A stretch of 64,000 nt of DNA from an uncultured virus (IMG/VR IMGVR_UViG_3300023180_000044). Taxonomy: Duplodnaviria > Heunggongvirae > Uroviricota > Caudoviricetes. Within the stretch, counting starts at the first letter, position 1. Every line of letters begins with the position of its first letter. Below the pieces are notes generated by a model. The model ran no database searches, had not been told where the DNA came from, and saw only the letters and a list, made by a program, of their open reading frames with translations. This document shows positions 1-9,943 of this stretch, one piece after another. Both the position numbers and the translations under genes were made by a program. The DNA lies in the IMG/VR virus record IMGVR_UViG_3300023180_000044; one strand, written 5' to 3'.

Positions 1-2379
1 GTCTCTTTTCTCTGCAAAGGTATCATCCACAAAATGTTTTTGAACGGACATATATTCATCACCAAACAGACCAACGAACTTATCAATCTTATAGTCGTGC
101 TCTACTTTGTTATAAATGACATTAAGCTTAATCTTGTCTTTTGGATAGGTTAGATACCTAATTTGGTCAAATACCTGATTGATATCGTGAACGTCAATAT
201 CCAACATCACATTAATTGTGAATGTCTTAGATACATCCAACTCAACAGCTTGAAGTGTACCCAACGAACCATAAGTGCTATTGTTCTCACCGAACATAAA
301 GTGAGTCATCTTATCCAAAAACTCCTTGACCTCTGAAGAACCATTTGCGTGAATTACAGTTGGACAGGTATTAGTCACATCATTGTATATCATGCCGTCC
401 TGTTGATTTAATCTCACATCTTCAGTGGCCAAATTCAATGTTTGGAAAACACGTTGGTGGTAATCCAACGCAATATCCTGATTGATACTATCTGCAGGTC
501 TTCTCCACGAATACCATCCGAAACCTTCACCTTCATTGCTCTGACTACGTTGGTCGGTCCACTTCATCAACTTCAACATTGGATATCTCTCCAACATATT
601 CAAAGGTGTTAAGTCTGGTTGGTGGTGGTGACCATATACATTCTCATACACACCATCCCAATCCTGAAGGTATTCAAAAGGAACAACAATAATAATCTCA
701 CCAACCTTATCTCGAACCTTATTCAACCATTTGGTTGCTTGCTCCTGAGTAACGTGCTCAAAGACATCACCCATCACAACCACATCATAATAGTCAAACT
801 CAAAATCTAAGAAGTCACTCAAATATACATTGGAATACAACTCCTTAAGGTTATACCTTTCAATATACGGTTCAAATATTTCAACACAATCTATCTCTCT
901 AAAATATGAACCCAATACACGAGCCCACTTACCGTCACCACCTCCGATGTCCAATACCTTAGCTGATTGTGAAAACTTATCCTTCAAATATTCAACAATA
1001 AATGGGTCAAAGTAGGGTTCACTCATCCAACCAAACCTGTTTCCATTCTCATGTCTCTCATAAGTGTTCTCAATAATTTCTGTATACGGTTCCTTCTCAG
1101 GAATAATCAAATCACCACCAAATAACTTATTGGTGTAGAATCTTTGGTCGTCCTCCTCAATCGGAATATCCTCATTGATAAGTTCAAATACCTTATCAGC
1201 ATAACCGATGATACCACCTGAGTTCAAAAACTTATAGTCAGTCGGGGCATCAGGATAGTCACCCGCACGCTCAGGGTCAGGCCAACAAGTCTTCTCAGCA
1301 CTAAAAACCACACCCTTCTTAAACGAACGGAACCTATTCAAAATATCTGAAGGTGGCGAATTAAACACCACATCATAAGAGTCAGTGAACATCACAATGG
1401 TGTCCTCCAACTTATCCCACGTTCTCATCTCATCTCTTAGGTAAATGATTTTCTGAGCACCACCTGGTTCCAATAGAACACCGTTCTCAGCCTTACCACT
1501 TTTCCAATCATCCCCCAATCCCAAAATCTTATGGGGAATTCGATAATAGTTACACGACTTTACAAAACGTTCCAACGCTTCGTTTCTCTCCGTCGCAACC
1601 GTTACAACAATAAAACTATCGAACTCATCTTTATACGGCTCGTTGTTGTAGAATACTTTTGTTTTTTCTGTTTCTGAATCCATAAAGGCATTATTTTCAG
1701 GATTAACCACGTCGTTGACCAACGCCAATGGTTTTAATTTATCATTTTTTTCATATACGTCAACAATATTCGACATTCTTGGATTTGGAGTATCCACCAT
1801 AATGGGGACAAACTCATCCGCAGGAATTAACCTCTCCTTAAAATTACTGTTAACTAATTTCTTCGCACCCTCTTTGGTAACCACATACGCCAAACACCAG
1901 TACGAAAACTTTGGTTTAACAATGTAGTCATTAACAGGGTCATCAGTGAGACCAAACATTCTCTTGCGACCCAAATAGAATAAGTCCCAGTCAATGTCTT
2001 TGGTATCACCCACAATTCTCTGACATACCTCAACGAAATCATCACTGAACACCGCATCATCTTCAATGATTAATGCACGTTCAATCTTTTCGTTTTCCAA
2101 TATTTCTTTCCACGAATAATAGTGAGATAGAGAACAACCAATCTCACCCATAGTCATTCCACGACCAGTGTTAGGGTCAAAGAACCACGGCAAGACATCG
2201 ACATTTTCTTTGTCCATCTCCTCTTTGGTTATCTTCTGACCATCAACCGCATCCAAACGAATGATATTCACAACGTCCTCAATACCCAAAAGGTCAATAC
2301 GTTGCATAAGACGACGATACTTATCAGGTCGTCTTTCCAAATTGATAATAATAATTGTATCAAAAAATAGTTTCTCCAT
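1..2379 (-). CDS. Multidomain glycosyltransferase: GT25/COLGALT-like + PLOD-type GT domain with inserted SAM methyltransferase + start of PLOD accessory domain (C-terminus runs off the window)
   Basis: Hand-translated from ATG 2379 with no stop seen down to base 1; absent from the ORF track. Motifs: INLERRPDK, DAVDG, GEIGCSLSH, IIEDDA, FYLGRK (GT25); VTVATE, FTDSYDV, FSAEKTCWPD, FLNSGG, DDQRFYT, LDYHQRVFQTLN, HANG, YPKDKI (PLOD/LH3); VLDIGGGDG, DVFEHV (class I MTase). Confidence 0.88.
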   Translation of the reverse strand, partial: MEKLFFDTIIIINLERRPDKYRRLMQRIDLLGIEDVVNIIRLDAVDGQKITKEEMDKENVDVLPWFFDPNTGRGMTMGEIGCSLSHYYSWKEILENEKIERALIIEDDAVFSDDFVEVCQRIVGDTKDIDWDLFYLGRKRMFGLTDDPVNDYIVKPKFSYWCLAYVVTKEGAKKLVNSNFKERLIPADEFVPIMVDTPNPRMSNIVDVYEKNDKLKPLALVNDVVNPENNAFMDSETEKTKVFYNNEPYKDEFDSFIVVTVATERNEALERFVKSCNYYRIPHKILGLGDDWKSGKAENGVLLEPGGAQKIIYLRDEMRTWDKLEDTIVMFTDSYDVVFNSPPSDILNRFRSFKKGVVFSAEKTCWPDPERAGDYPDAPTDYKFLNSGGIIGYADKVFELINEDIPIEEDDQRFYTNKLFGGDLIIPEKEPYTEIIENTYERHENGNRFGWMSEPYFDPFIVEYLKDKFSQSAKVLDIGGGDGKWARVLGSYFREIDCVEIFEPYIERYNLKELYSNVYLSDFLDFEFDYYDVVVMGDVFEHVTQEQATKWLNKVRDKVGEIIIVVPFEYLQDWDGVYENVYGHHHQPDLTPLNMLERYPMLKLMKWTDQRSQSNEGEGFGWYSWRRPADSINQDIALDYHQRVFQTLNLATEDVRLNQQDGMIYNDVTNTCPTVIHANGSSEVKEFLDKMTHFMFGENNSTYGSLGTLQAVELDVSKTFTINVMLDIDVHDINQVFDQIRYLTYPKDKIKLNVIYNKVEHDYKIDKFVGLFGDEYMSVQKHFVDDTFAEKRD

Positions 2380-2411
2380 AGGATGTCTTTGGAGAAATAT
2401 AAGAATAGTTT

Positions 2412-2696
2412 CTAATTAAGAAACATATTACCCCATGAAGTTTCCATGATGGGTCCCGCAACTTTTGGCTCGTCTTCTGGTAACATATGATTGATTTTCA
2501 AAACTATCTTAATAATCTGTTTGTGAGTCAGCTCAATGTCTTCCCCCTTCTCATAATTTTCATACGCAGCCTTTTTAACTTCATCAAAAAAGTCGTTAGG
2601 TGTTCCCTGACCAATGACCTTTGCCAACTCCTCAGGGTTATCTTTAAAAAACTTAATAAAGTTACTTACGTATATTTGAACATCTACATTTCCCAT
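2412..2696 (-). CDS. Hypothetical protein
   Basis: 94 aa ORF with a TATATTTG element just upstream. Confidence 0.7.
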   Translation of the reverse strand: MGNVDVQIYVSNFIKFFKDNPEELAKVIGQGTPNDFFDEVKKAAYENYEKGEDIELTHKQIIKIVLKINHMLPEDEPKVAGPIMETSWGNMFLN

Positions 2697-2700
2697 AAGA

Positions 2701-2708
2701 CAAATATA
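2701..2708 (-). promoter_or_regulatory. Bacteroidota-type -7 promoter element (TATATTTG)
   Basis: Matches TAnnTTTG, 4 nt upstream of ATG 2696. Confidence 0.55.
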
Positions 2709-2709
2709 T

Positions 2710-2738
2710 AAAAAAAATCAGGACCTAAGTCCTGATTT
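2710..2738 (-). terminator. Rho-independent terminator
   Basis: 10-bp stem aaatcaggac/gtcctgattt, 4-nt loop and U-tract on the minus strand, just after the stop at 2745. Confidence 0.75.
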
Positions 2739-2744
2739 CGTATT

Positions 2745-4046
2745 TTATTTAGAGATAATCAATCCCTCTTTGTTTTGAACTTCTTCAGGAATCTCAACAT
2801 TTGGACTTCCACTAACATTGATAACCATCAAGTTAGGTAGTTGAGCAACTGAAGATGGAATTGACTTCAAGTTTTTGTTGTTAGGAACTGATAAGAATTT
2901 CAAGTCCTTCAATTTACCAATTTCTTCAGGTAGTTCCGATACCACACCGTCCAAGTGGATAGCCTCCAAGTTTTTGAAGTCTCCAATCTCTTTTGGTAGT
3001 TTCAAGTTAATCTCACTAGGTTTGTCACCTCTGTAGTATCCACCACTACTTTGAGTGAAGTCAAACGATGTAATGTCTTTAGACAACATCTCAAAGAAAT
3101 CATCAAATCCATATAAAGCCATGTATTTAGATGCTGAATCACGTGGGTAATCAACAGATACTTGCTTTCCATCAACAGATGTTAAACCTTTAACAAATTC
3201 AGGTTTGAACAACTCCTTAAGTTCAGGATTTTGATTTAAGAAACCAATCAAATCGATTTGACGGTCATTCACGTCCATGTATTGGTTAGATGGGAAGTGG
3301 AATTGGTAACGGTGTGATGGAAGACCAGAAACATTACCTTTGTTCTCATCACTCTTATCCATTAATACATACAATGGACCTTGTTTGATATATGTGTTGA
3401 AGTAACTCAAACCAGGTGCTGAGGTACACCATCTTGTTTCTTTGTTTTGACCACCGTAGAAACATGCTGCCTCTTTACCCAAATCTCCTTTGTCTTCAAT
3501 CTTAACAACCTCCCACTTAGGACCATCGTAGATAGTCTCACCACCAGGGTGTGTTGGAGACGACTTTCTTTCAGCCTTAGACATTGTCGCCATTTCCAAT
3601 GAGAAGTCTTTAACAGCATCAAACAATCGGTCAATATCCAATTTGTTGATGTCTCTCATATTCTCAGGAAGTTGTCCTTTGAAACGGTCATACTTCTGCA
3701 AGTCTTCAGTTGTCTTATATAAATCCTCAAAGAACAACTCTTGCATTCTCGTTAACTGACTTTTATACGCTGGTGTTCCATACTCAGCTTCTTGTTCCGC
3801 AGCTCTGTTCAACCCATTGAATTGTTTCAACAACCATTGAGTGTATTTACCCGCTTTCTTAATCTCATCACCATCGCGACGAGTTGTCGGGTCGGCCAAT
3901 ACTAATTGGTCGAACTGCTCAGGCTTTAACCTTGGAGGAATTACCTTCTCACCCCTTTTCTTAGGTTCAGTAAACTTCTTCTTCAAAATCTCGTAACGAG
4001 AGTTTTCAAGAATTACCTGTTTTACGATGTTAGTGAACTTAATCAT
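2745..4046 (-). CDS. Phage protein with C-terminal leucine-rich repeats; candidate head-packaged protein
   Basis: LRRs: LPKEIGDFKNLEAIHL, LPEEIGKLKDLKFLSV, IPSSVAQLPNLMVINV. Central RWCTS...GPLYV...YQFHF domain. Start 4046 preferred over 4061 because the TATTTAT motif overlaps 4061. Confidence 0.7.
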   Translation of the reverse strand: MIKFTNIVKQVILENSRYEILKKKFTEPKKRGEKVIPPRLKPEQFDQLVLADPTTRRDGDEIKKAGKYTQWLLKQFNGLNRAAEQEAEYGTPAYKSQLTRMQELFFEDLYKTTEDLQKYDRFKGQLPENMRDINKLDIDRLFDAVKDFSLEMATMSKAERKSSPTHPGGETIYDGPKWEVVKIEDKGDLGKEAACFYGGQNKETRWCTSAPGLSYFNTYIKQGPLYVLMDKSDENKGNVSGLPSHRYQFHFPSNQYMDVNDRQIDLIGFLNQNPELKELFKPEFVKGLTSVDGKQVSVDYPRDSASKYMALYGFDDFFEMLSKDITSFDFTQSSGGYYRGDKPSEINLKLPKEIGDFKNLEAIHLDGVVSELPEEIGKLKDLKFLSVPNNKNLKSIPSSVAQLPNLMVINVSGSPNVEIPEEVQNKEGLIISK

Positions 4047-4094
4047 GTTATTGTTTTCCATATAAATATATTGGAGGATTAAAAGATTACCGTT

Positions 4095-4973
4095 TTAACC
4101 TTCCAAAGATACAACTTCTTCCTTTTTTTCCAAAGAATAATTCATAATTAAGAGCTCAGTACCCTTAGTTTGTGACTTTCCCTTCTTAGCAGCAGCAGCC
4201 TTTGCAAAGTCCTTTGAGACCCACACAAAGTCATTCTCAGGGAACCAATCGTGCAAAAGGTCAAAGTCATAGTAAGATAAAGAAAACTTACCCTGAACAC
4301 CATTTAATACGTTCGCCAACCTCTCGTGGTCTTCACGGTCAAAGTCGTGATTGGAATAATAGTTCTCCGTCTTCCAATACGGAGGGTCCAAATAGATATA
4401 TGTCGTTGGTGAGTCATATTTTTCAATAACCTCAGCAAAGTCCATATTCTCCACGTGAGTGATGGATACAAACTTCTTTACCCACTTCTCGTTCTTTAAC
4501 TTATCTCTAAAGGTCAAATACTTAGATTTGTATTTACCCTTTAGGTCAATGTAGTTAGAAGTCTCAGGCTTACTACCACTGAAGACCTGAGTCAAAATAT
4601 ACGCATACTTTGCGGCCACCTCATAGTCAGGACCGTTCACTACGAAGTCATCGGCAAACAACTCCTTTTGAAATTGACCAAACAATTCCTTATATTCTGG
4701 TGGTGTAACCTCGACACCTCTCTGTTGACATGGAATCGCCTCCACAGCTTTCAATAACTCTGATGGGTTCTGAATACACTGAAACAAATTGTAGTTTAGG
4801 GGGTTGAAGTCATTATAGACAACTCTCTTAAGATTTGGGAACTTTTCCAAATCCATATTGTAAAAACACCAAAACATTCCTCCGAATGTTTCCACGTAGG
4901 TCTCCATATCCTGTGGGTAATAATCCACAATCCATTTACCAATCCTACTTTTTCCTCCGATATAACTAAGCAT
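4095..4973 (-). CDS. Dam-like (D12 class) DNA adenine methyltransferase
   Basis: YIGGKS, YVETFGG, VYNDFN and catalytic YLDPPY motifs. Confidence 0.9.
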   Translation of the reverse strand: MLSYIGGKSRIGKWIVDYYPQDMETYVETFGGMFWCFYNMDLEKFPNLKRVVYNDFNPLNYNLFQCIQNPSELLKAVEAIPCQQRGVEVTPPEYKELFGQFQKELFADDFVVNGPDYEVAAKYAYILTQVFSGSKPETSNYIDLKGKYKSKYLTFRDKLKNEKWVKKFVSITHVENMDFAEVIEKYDSPTTYIYLDPPYWKTENYYSNHDFDREDHERLANVLNGVQGKFSLSYYDFDLLHDWFPENDFVWVSKDFAKAAAAKKGKSQTKGTELLIMNYSLEKKEEVVSLEG

Positions 4974-4989
4974 AAAAAATCCTTTTCAA

Positions 4990-4997
4990 CAAATATA
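4990..4997 (-). promoter_or_regulatory. TATATTTG promoter element
   Basis: TAnnTTTG 16 nt upstream of ATG 4973. Confidence 0.55.
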
Positions 4998-5114
4998 GTA
5001 AACAAAATCCTAAAAGGCAAATCCTAATGTTAAATTTTTCTCTAATGTTTCCTTATTGTTAATAAATTACTATTTATTATTAAGAGAATGTTAATTACCC
5101 TAAAATTTAAGATT

Positions 5115-5453
5115 ATGAAAAAAACACTTTTAATTTTATTCGTGTTGTTCGGTCTATCATCAACAGCACAAACAGTTTCCATCACAGATTTGAACAACGA
5201 CAACGTATTAGAATACGTAAAATGGTCTGAAGAAGGGTATAAATTAGAATCAGGAAGTATCCTCGATGGTAAATTCATCGGAACTTTCTTTTCTTACTAT
5301 CCAGATGGGTCAGTGAGAACCAAAGCATATTTCAGAGACGGAAAAAAACACGGTCTTTGGAAATATTTTAACGAGCACGGTGATATTACCCATGAAATTG
5401 TCTACGAAGATAACCGTAGAGTGAAAGCTTCAATAACTCGTTATTTCGAATAA
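5115..5453 (+). CDS. Secreted MORN-variant/YwqK-like repeat protein
   Basis: Signal peptide MKKTLLILFVLFGLSSTAQ; repeats YYPDGSVR...FRDGKKHGLWKYFNEHG. Start 5115 preferred over 5088. Confidence 0.75.
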   Translation: MKKTLLILFVLFGLSSTAQTVSITDLNNDNVLEYVKWSEEGYKLESGSILDGKFIGTFFSYYPDGSVRTKAYFRDGKKHGLWKYFNEHGDITHEIVYEDNRRVKASITRYFE

Positions 5454-5533
5454 CTATATATTGTATCTATCCCTCTCCGACTGTGATATATGAAGCTCCA
5501 GCAATCGAATTAGTGAAATTAACTTAGATATGG

Positions 5534-6310
5534 TTAACTAAACCGTCGATTTAGTGCTTGATAATTTTGAGTTATCTCATCACTAGTTAAAGCTCTATCG
5601 TATTTTAGAAGAACGGAAAATTTACCATCAAAATGTCCAACATATTGTGTATTCTCACCGATTCTACTAAATGGGAAATCTGCAACCAATTCAGAGACTG
5701 CCGAACCACAGTTTTGTGAACCATAGTTAGGTGTTTCACCAATAGAAACTCCGTTAACATAGTGAAAGGCATTATTTCCTGAAAACACTAAAGTGTATTG
5801 AACCCAATTACCTGTACCTGCGCTGTAGGTAGGAGAGTTAAAACTATTACAGTTTGAAGCAGTTTCACCATAAAAATTATTAGTGGTTGTGGATAAATGT
5901 CTATCGTAATTTGCACCCCATAATAAACCTCCATTCTCAGCATCTTTATTAAACAACATACATATAGTACCACCTGAACGATTCATTGTTTGTGAAGGTA
6001 ATGAGATGTAATCGTCGGTACCGTCAAAGTCTAAATAGTAGTCAGTATGGGTCGGACCATTGATAGTTCCATCATTACCGTTTTCAGTTAAGTCATACCA
6101 TATAGTACCACCAGTATAACTGTTAGTATTACCAGCATCCAAATGCATCGTTAAGCCTAAACTTACAACAACGGGTATTGAGATTGAAATCTCGATAGCC
6201 CCATCAGTGGTCATTTCAATGATATAACTTGAGTTATCACCCTCAAACTCTATAAAAGGGTTACTGTTCGATGTTGTTCCTGAAGGATATATAATTATAT
6301 TCTGTGCCAT
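5534..6310 (-). CDS. LamG/concanavalin A-like domain protein (putative virion accessory)
   Basis: HLDAGNTNSY...WYDLT, FDGTDDYI, YDRALTSDEITQNY. Confidence 0.8.
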   Translation of the reverse strand: MAQNIIIYPSGTTSNSNPFIEFEGDNSSYIIEMTTDGAIEISISIPVVVSLGLTMHLDAGNTNSYTGGTIWYDLTENGNDGTINGPTHTDYYLDFDGTDDYISLPSQTMNRSGGTICMLFNKDAENGGLLWGANYDRHLSTTTNNFYGETASNCNSFNSPTYSAGTGNWVQYTLVFSGNNAFHYVNGVSIGETPNYGSQNCGSAVSELVADFPFSRIGENTQYVGHFDGKFSVLLKYDRALTSDEITQNYQALNRRFS

Positions 6311-6318
6311 TTTACTTT

Positions 6319-7239
6319 TTACTTATAACAATTTTTATACGGTCGGCAAGACGCTTTTTGTGAGAATCCCATATCCTTACATGATGTCTTTTCACAATAC
6401 GACTTACTCATCTTTCTCGGCTTTTTGTATTCTTTCTCGGTTAACTCCTCAGAATACCCCTTTTTAATCTCATCTCTGATTTCATCCACTGTTGAATACA
6501 ACATCTTTAAAAACATATTCCAACTGTCAGGGTTTCCCTGTTTAACCAAATACAACAGTTTCAATGCGTGTGGTAACTCACCAGGTAAGTCTTCCTCAGA
6601 GTTAATACCAAACAATACCTTTCTCAATACCTTATCACCAGTACCACCCTTACCAAAGAAATTCAACGCACTGTCCAAACTATCTTCCAACTCCTGTTGA
6701 GTGTAATACCCAATAAGTTCCTTATACCCTCTGACCATACCTTCCAACACCTCGTTGAAATACGCACGTTGCTCATAAGGATGACCATAATAATTTTCAA
6801 TGGAGTCGTGAGAATAGTTACCATAGTTTTTCTGACTTCTAAATCTGGTGGTATTCGTATCAAATACGTGTTGCAACTCGTGGTATAATGTATTGTATAT
6901 GGATTTGGAGTTAGGGTTTAACATTTGGTCAGGATTTACAATAATGAATATGTTACCCAACTCCATCGGCTTTTCATTATCTCTAATTTGAACCGCAGCT
7001 TCATTCTGATATGTCGAAAGATAATAGATTGGAATGAAACCCTTATCACCGGCACCGTCTTCCATATATACCCTACCCACCAAAGGAGTCTCATCGTCTT
7101 TGTCCTTCCACTTTGAAACAATCAAATCAGTAACATATTCCAAATCAGAAACCGTGCGAGGATGAAACTTTACCCTCTTCTTTTCTGTGAGAAGGTTTTC
7201 ACTATACTCTTTTAATATTTTACTTATAATATCTTTCAT
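6319..7239 (-). CDS. Hypothetical protein with HExxH zincin motif and Cys-rich C-terminal module
   Basis: LYHELQHVFD and YYGHPYEQRAY; C-terminus YCEKTSCKDMGFSQKASCRPYKNCYK. Confidence 0.6.
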   Translation of the reverse strand: MKDIISKILKEYSENLLTEKKRVKFHPRTVSDLEYVTDLIVSKWKDKDDETPLVGRVYMEDGAGDKGFIPIYYLSTYQNEAAVQIRDNEKPMELGNIFIIVNPDQMLNPNSKSIYNTLYHELQHVFDTNTTRFRSQKNYGNYSHDSIENYYGHPYEQRAYFNEVLEGMVRGYKELIGYYTQQELEDSLDSALNFFGKGGTGDKVLRKVLFGINSEEDLPGELPHALKLLYLVKQGNPDSWNMFLKMLYSTVDEIRDEIKKGYSEELTEKEYKKPRKMSKSYCEKTSCKDMGFSQKASCRPYKNCYK

Positions 7240-7266
7240 AGAATAAATCTGTATCTATAAATACCT

Positions 7267-7407
7267 ATGACTAAGAAAGAATGTAAAAGTTGTGATAAAA
7301 ATCCTTTGTCGGACCAATGGGGGTTGATGTTATTCTCAGCTTACCTGTTTGTAACCGCAATCTACGGTAATATCAAACTATACGAATACATCAGTTCATT
7401 ATTCTGA
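7267..7407 (+). CDS. Small membrane protein with CxxC (46 aa)
   Basis: Hand-translated [46 protein letters not shown]; fills an intergenic gap. Confidence 0.55.
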   Translation: MTKKECKSCDKNPLSDQWGLMLFSAYLFVTAIYGNIKLYEYISSLF

Positions 7408-8322
7408 TTTTTCCCGACGGACACCAACCTTAACGTATAAGTTACCAATCGGGTCCATCCTATACCCTTTACCTTTAACTCGTAACGGATTTTCAGTATC
7501 CATTACTTCAGGTAAAGGGATTTTGATTTTACCGTCAGGGTGAGGAACCTCCAAACTATTTAATGAAGCAAAGTCCTGAGGAGTCACCTTTGTAGACCAC
7601 ACCAAATCTGAACCTACCTTCTCCCAACCGTTGTCTCTGGTCATATTGATTTTAATAATAAGGTCACCACGACCAACACCACTGTGGTAATCACCCTGAC
7701 CTCTCACCCTTAGGAAATCACCAGAGTCCACATTAGCCGGAATCTTAACTTTTAACTGAGTAATCTTATCCGTTCTTTTCTGACCATTACATTTCACACA
7801 GGGATTGGTAATCTTATATCCTCCACCCTGACAGGTCGGACAGTTACTTTCCACAATCTGTGAGAAAGGTCCACTACCAAATTGTTGTCTTACCCTTCCG
7901 TGACCGTTACAGGTGTTACATATGTCTCTATCACCACCCGTTCCCTTACACAGGTTACACTCCTCTTTGATTTGGTAATTGATGTCCTTATCCATACCAT
8001 AGAATGAGTCCATTGGGGTGATGTTTATATTGATAATCTTATCAGGGGCTTGTGGTCGTCTTCGTTGAGTCTGACGGTCCTGATTAAACATACTAAATAA
8101 GTCCTCAAAACTTCCACCACCAAATGGATTGGGGTTATCGTATTGTTTACGTTTGTTTTCGTCACCTAACGTATCATAAGCCTCGGCGACCTCCTTAAAC
8201 ATATCAGCACCGTCAGGGTTTACATCCGGGTGATATTGTTTACTCATTTTTCTATATGCTTTCTTGATATCGTCCTGAGACGCATCTCTTGAGACACCTA
8301 AAGTTTTGTAATAATCTTTCAT
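7399..8322 (-). CDS. dnaJ: DnaJ (Hsp40) chaperone
   Basis: J domain with HPD, four CxxCxG zinc-finger repeats and DnaJ C-terminal domain. Confidence 0.95.
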   Translation of the reverse strand: MKDYYKTLGVSRDASQDDIKKAYRKMSKQYHPDVNPDGADMFKEVAEAYDTLGDENKRKQYDNPNPFGGGSFEDLFSMFNQDRQTQRRRPQAPDKIININITPMDSFYGMDKDINYQIKEECNLCKGTGGDRDICNTCNGHGRVRQQFGSGPFSQIVESNCPTCQGGGYKITNPCVKCNGQKRTDKITQLKVKIPANVDSGDFLRVRGQGDYHSGVGRGDLIIKINMTRDNGWEKVGSDLVWSTKVTPQDFASLNSLEVPHPDGKIKIPLPEVMDTENPLRVKGKGYRMDPIGNLYVKVGVRREKSE

Positions 8323-8965
8323 GGACAACTATATAATTGTATTGTTTAAGAATAAGAAAAAGAAAAGAATTATCAAAGGTTATTCTACAGAAACCAACGC
8401 CCGAAAGAAATTCAACGATATTATAGACTCAAATAAAGTATTATTCCCAATGGAATATGAAAACGCCGAGTATTGTATTCACGAACTCGCACTGTTAACA
8501 ACACAGAAAGATTTTCAACTTCCACTTTTCATTACCGATGAGTTTGGTCGTAGTGAGAAAGTATTCTTAGAAGGTGACACACATTATACCTTCTTAAATA
8601 TAAAACCCTACAACATTGAGGAGAAGATTTACGACTGGCAAACTGACGATAAGATAACTTTAGAGGAACTCATTAGAAAGTATTGCCCGAAGAATAACTT
8701 TAAAAGTATATCCACACTAAATAACAAACTGGTCATTCAGATTGATGAGGACTTTAAACTATTCTCATTAAAGAACGTGGATGACTCCAACAGACTGATT
8801 AACATTATGGAAAGTCATTTTATGAATTTGGGTCGTAGGGATGCCATGTTTATTCGTGACACCTCTACGACCCAACGTAAGTGGTTATATAATGTTTTGG
8901 AGGAAAAAGGGTTTGACCGAAGAAAGTTATACCGTCAATCTACGACTTATTCGAAACGAGGGTAA
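8321..8965 (+). CDS. Hypothetical protein
   Basis: 214 aa ORF with no competing long ORF on the other strand. Confidence 0.7.
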   Translation: MDNYIIVLFKNKKKKRIIKGYSTETNARKKFNDIIDSNKVLFPMEYENAEYCIHELALLTTQKDFQLPLFITDEFGRSEKVFLEGDTHYTFLNIKPYNIEEKIYDWQTDDKITLEELIRKYCPKNNFKSISTLNNKLVIQIDEDFKLFSLKNVDDSNRLINIMESHFMNLGRRDAMFIRDTSTTQRKWLYNVLEEKGFDRRKLYRQSTTYSKRG

Positions 8966-9170
8966 ACTCCATACCCGAAATATCAATAACAATACTTTTA
9001 CTGGTAACATCTCGAGGACTTAAAAACCCAACTACTTTATCATAGCTGGGTTTTTCTAATTCAACAATGACAGAAACTTTACCGTCAGAAAAGATTGAGT
9101 CTTCTAAAATATCTGAAATCTCTGCCAGTTTTTTTAACTCATCTTTAAGGTTCGTTTGATTCTCTGCCAT
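8940..9170 (-). CDS. Hypothetical protein
   Basis: 76 aa ORF in a run of overlapping genes. Confidence 0.6.
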   Translation of the reverse strand: MAENQTNLKDELKKLAEISDILEDSIFSDGKVSVIVELEKPSYDKVVGFLSPRDVTSKSIVIDISGMEFTLVSNKS

Positions 9171-9331
9171 ATCGTATATTTTTTCTCTACTTGAGCAGTA
9201 TTGGTTATTTTAGTCTTTGGGACTTTAGTAATCTCGTTAATCAGCTCTTTTTTTGCCTTTTTAACGGTTTGCTCATCCTTCAGCTTCTCGCTCTTGAACC
9301 AAGTCATCATGTCCTTCAGTTCCTTGTCCAT
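9134..9331 (-). CDS. Hypothetical protein
   Basis: 65 aa basic ORF in a run of overlapping genes. Confidence 0.55.
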   Translation of the reverse strand: MDKELKDMMTWFKSEKLKDEQTVKKAKKELINEITKVPKTKITNTAQVEKKYTIWQRIKRTLKMS

Positions 9332-9746
9332 CTTCTTCTAAGTTTTCATCTTTTAAACCTAAACGAACTACCTCTTCTTCCATTTCAAAATGTAAGGTTT
9401 TTAGTTCGTCCACACCTTTGGATTCAAACATACTTTTCAACTCCTGAATTTTTTGTTTGAATAAACGCTCTTTCTCTTCTTTCTCTTTGTTGTATGAAAC
9501 AATGTTCTTAAATGCTTTCTCTATTGAGTCTACCATTTGTCTTTCATTCTTTACCACAAAGGAATATACTTTAGAGTCTGGTCTGTCTGAGTTTTCCTGA
9601 TTTATTACTTCAATACCATCAGTGATAAACTTCTTTGGAATAGACCAAAAACTACTTAAGTATAAGTCAAAACTTACATAATCCTTCAAAACTCTAACAG
9701 ATTTAAGGTATGGTTTTAACTCTTCTGTGAAATTTGAAAAAGTCAT
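9273..9746 (-). CDS. Hypothetical protein (coiled-coil C-terminus)
   Basis: 157 aa ORF; its start overlaps the upstream stop. Confidence 0.65.
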   Translation of the reverse strand: MTFSNFTEELKPYLKSVRVLKDYVSFDLYLSSFWSIPKKFITDGIEVINQENSDRPDSKVYSFVVKNERQMVDSIEKAFKNIVSYNKEKEEKERLFKQKIQELKSMFESKGVDELKTLHFEMEEEVVRLGLKDENLEEDGQGTEGHDDLVQEREAEG

Positions 9747-9943
9747 TATAAAAGGTAAATTATAAAAGTTATTATATAACTGAGACTGAGTCCCGTGAAT
9801 AATAACTCACGGTTACTCAACTCTAAAGGTTTAGGTGGGTCTGACAACATTGAACTTATAAACATAAACAACACTCTAACCCCATATAGAATCGAGAATA
9901 TAAAGGTAAATATTGATAGATATGTTAGTAAGGATGTCAACAT
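9746..9943 (-). CDS. Small two-TM membrane protein
   Basis: 65 aa with two hydrophobic stretches; TAATG coupling at both ends. Confidence 0.65.
   Translation of the reverse strand: MLTSLLTYLSIFTFIFSILYGVRVLFMFISSMLSDPPKPLELSNRELLFTGLSLSYIITFIIYLL

Noticed and set aside
481..1110. Intein in the PLOD-like gene
   Set aside because: No C/S start, HN-C/S/T end or LAGLIDADG motifs; the insert is a methyltransferase-like domain.
619..2066. Short ORFs given by the track at 619-2066
   Set aside because: All lie within the 1-2379 glycosyltransferase gene, in other frames or on the other strand.
5454..5533. tRNA/ncRNA in this or other intergenic gaps
   Set aside because: No cloverleaf, T-loop GTTCRA or CCA end recognised by eye; tRNAscan-SE or Infernal would be needed to exclude one.
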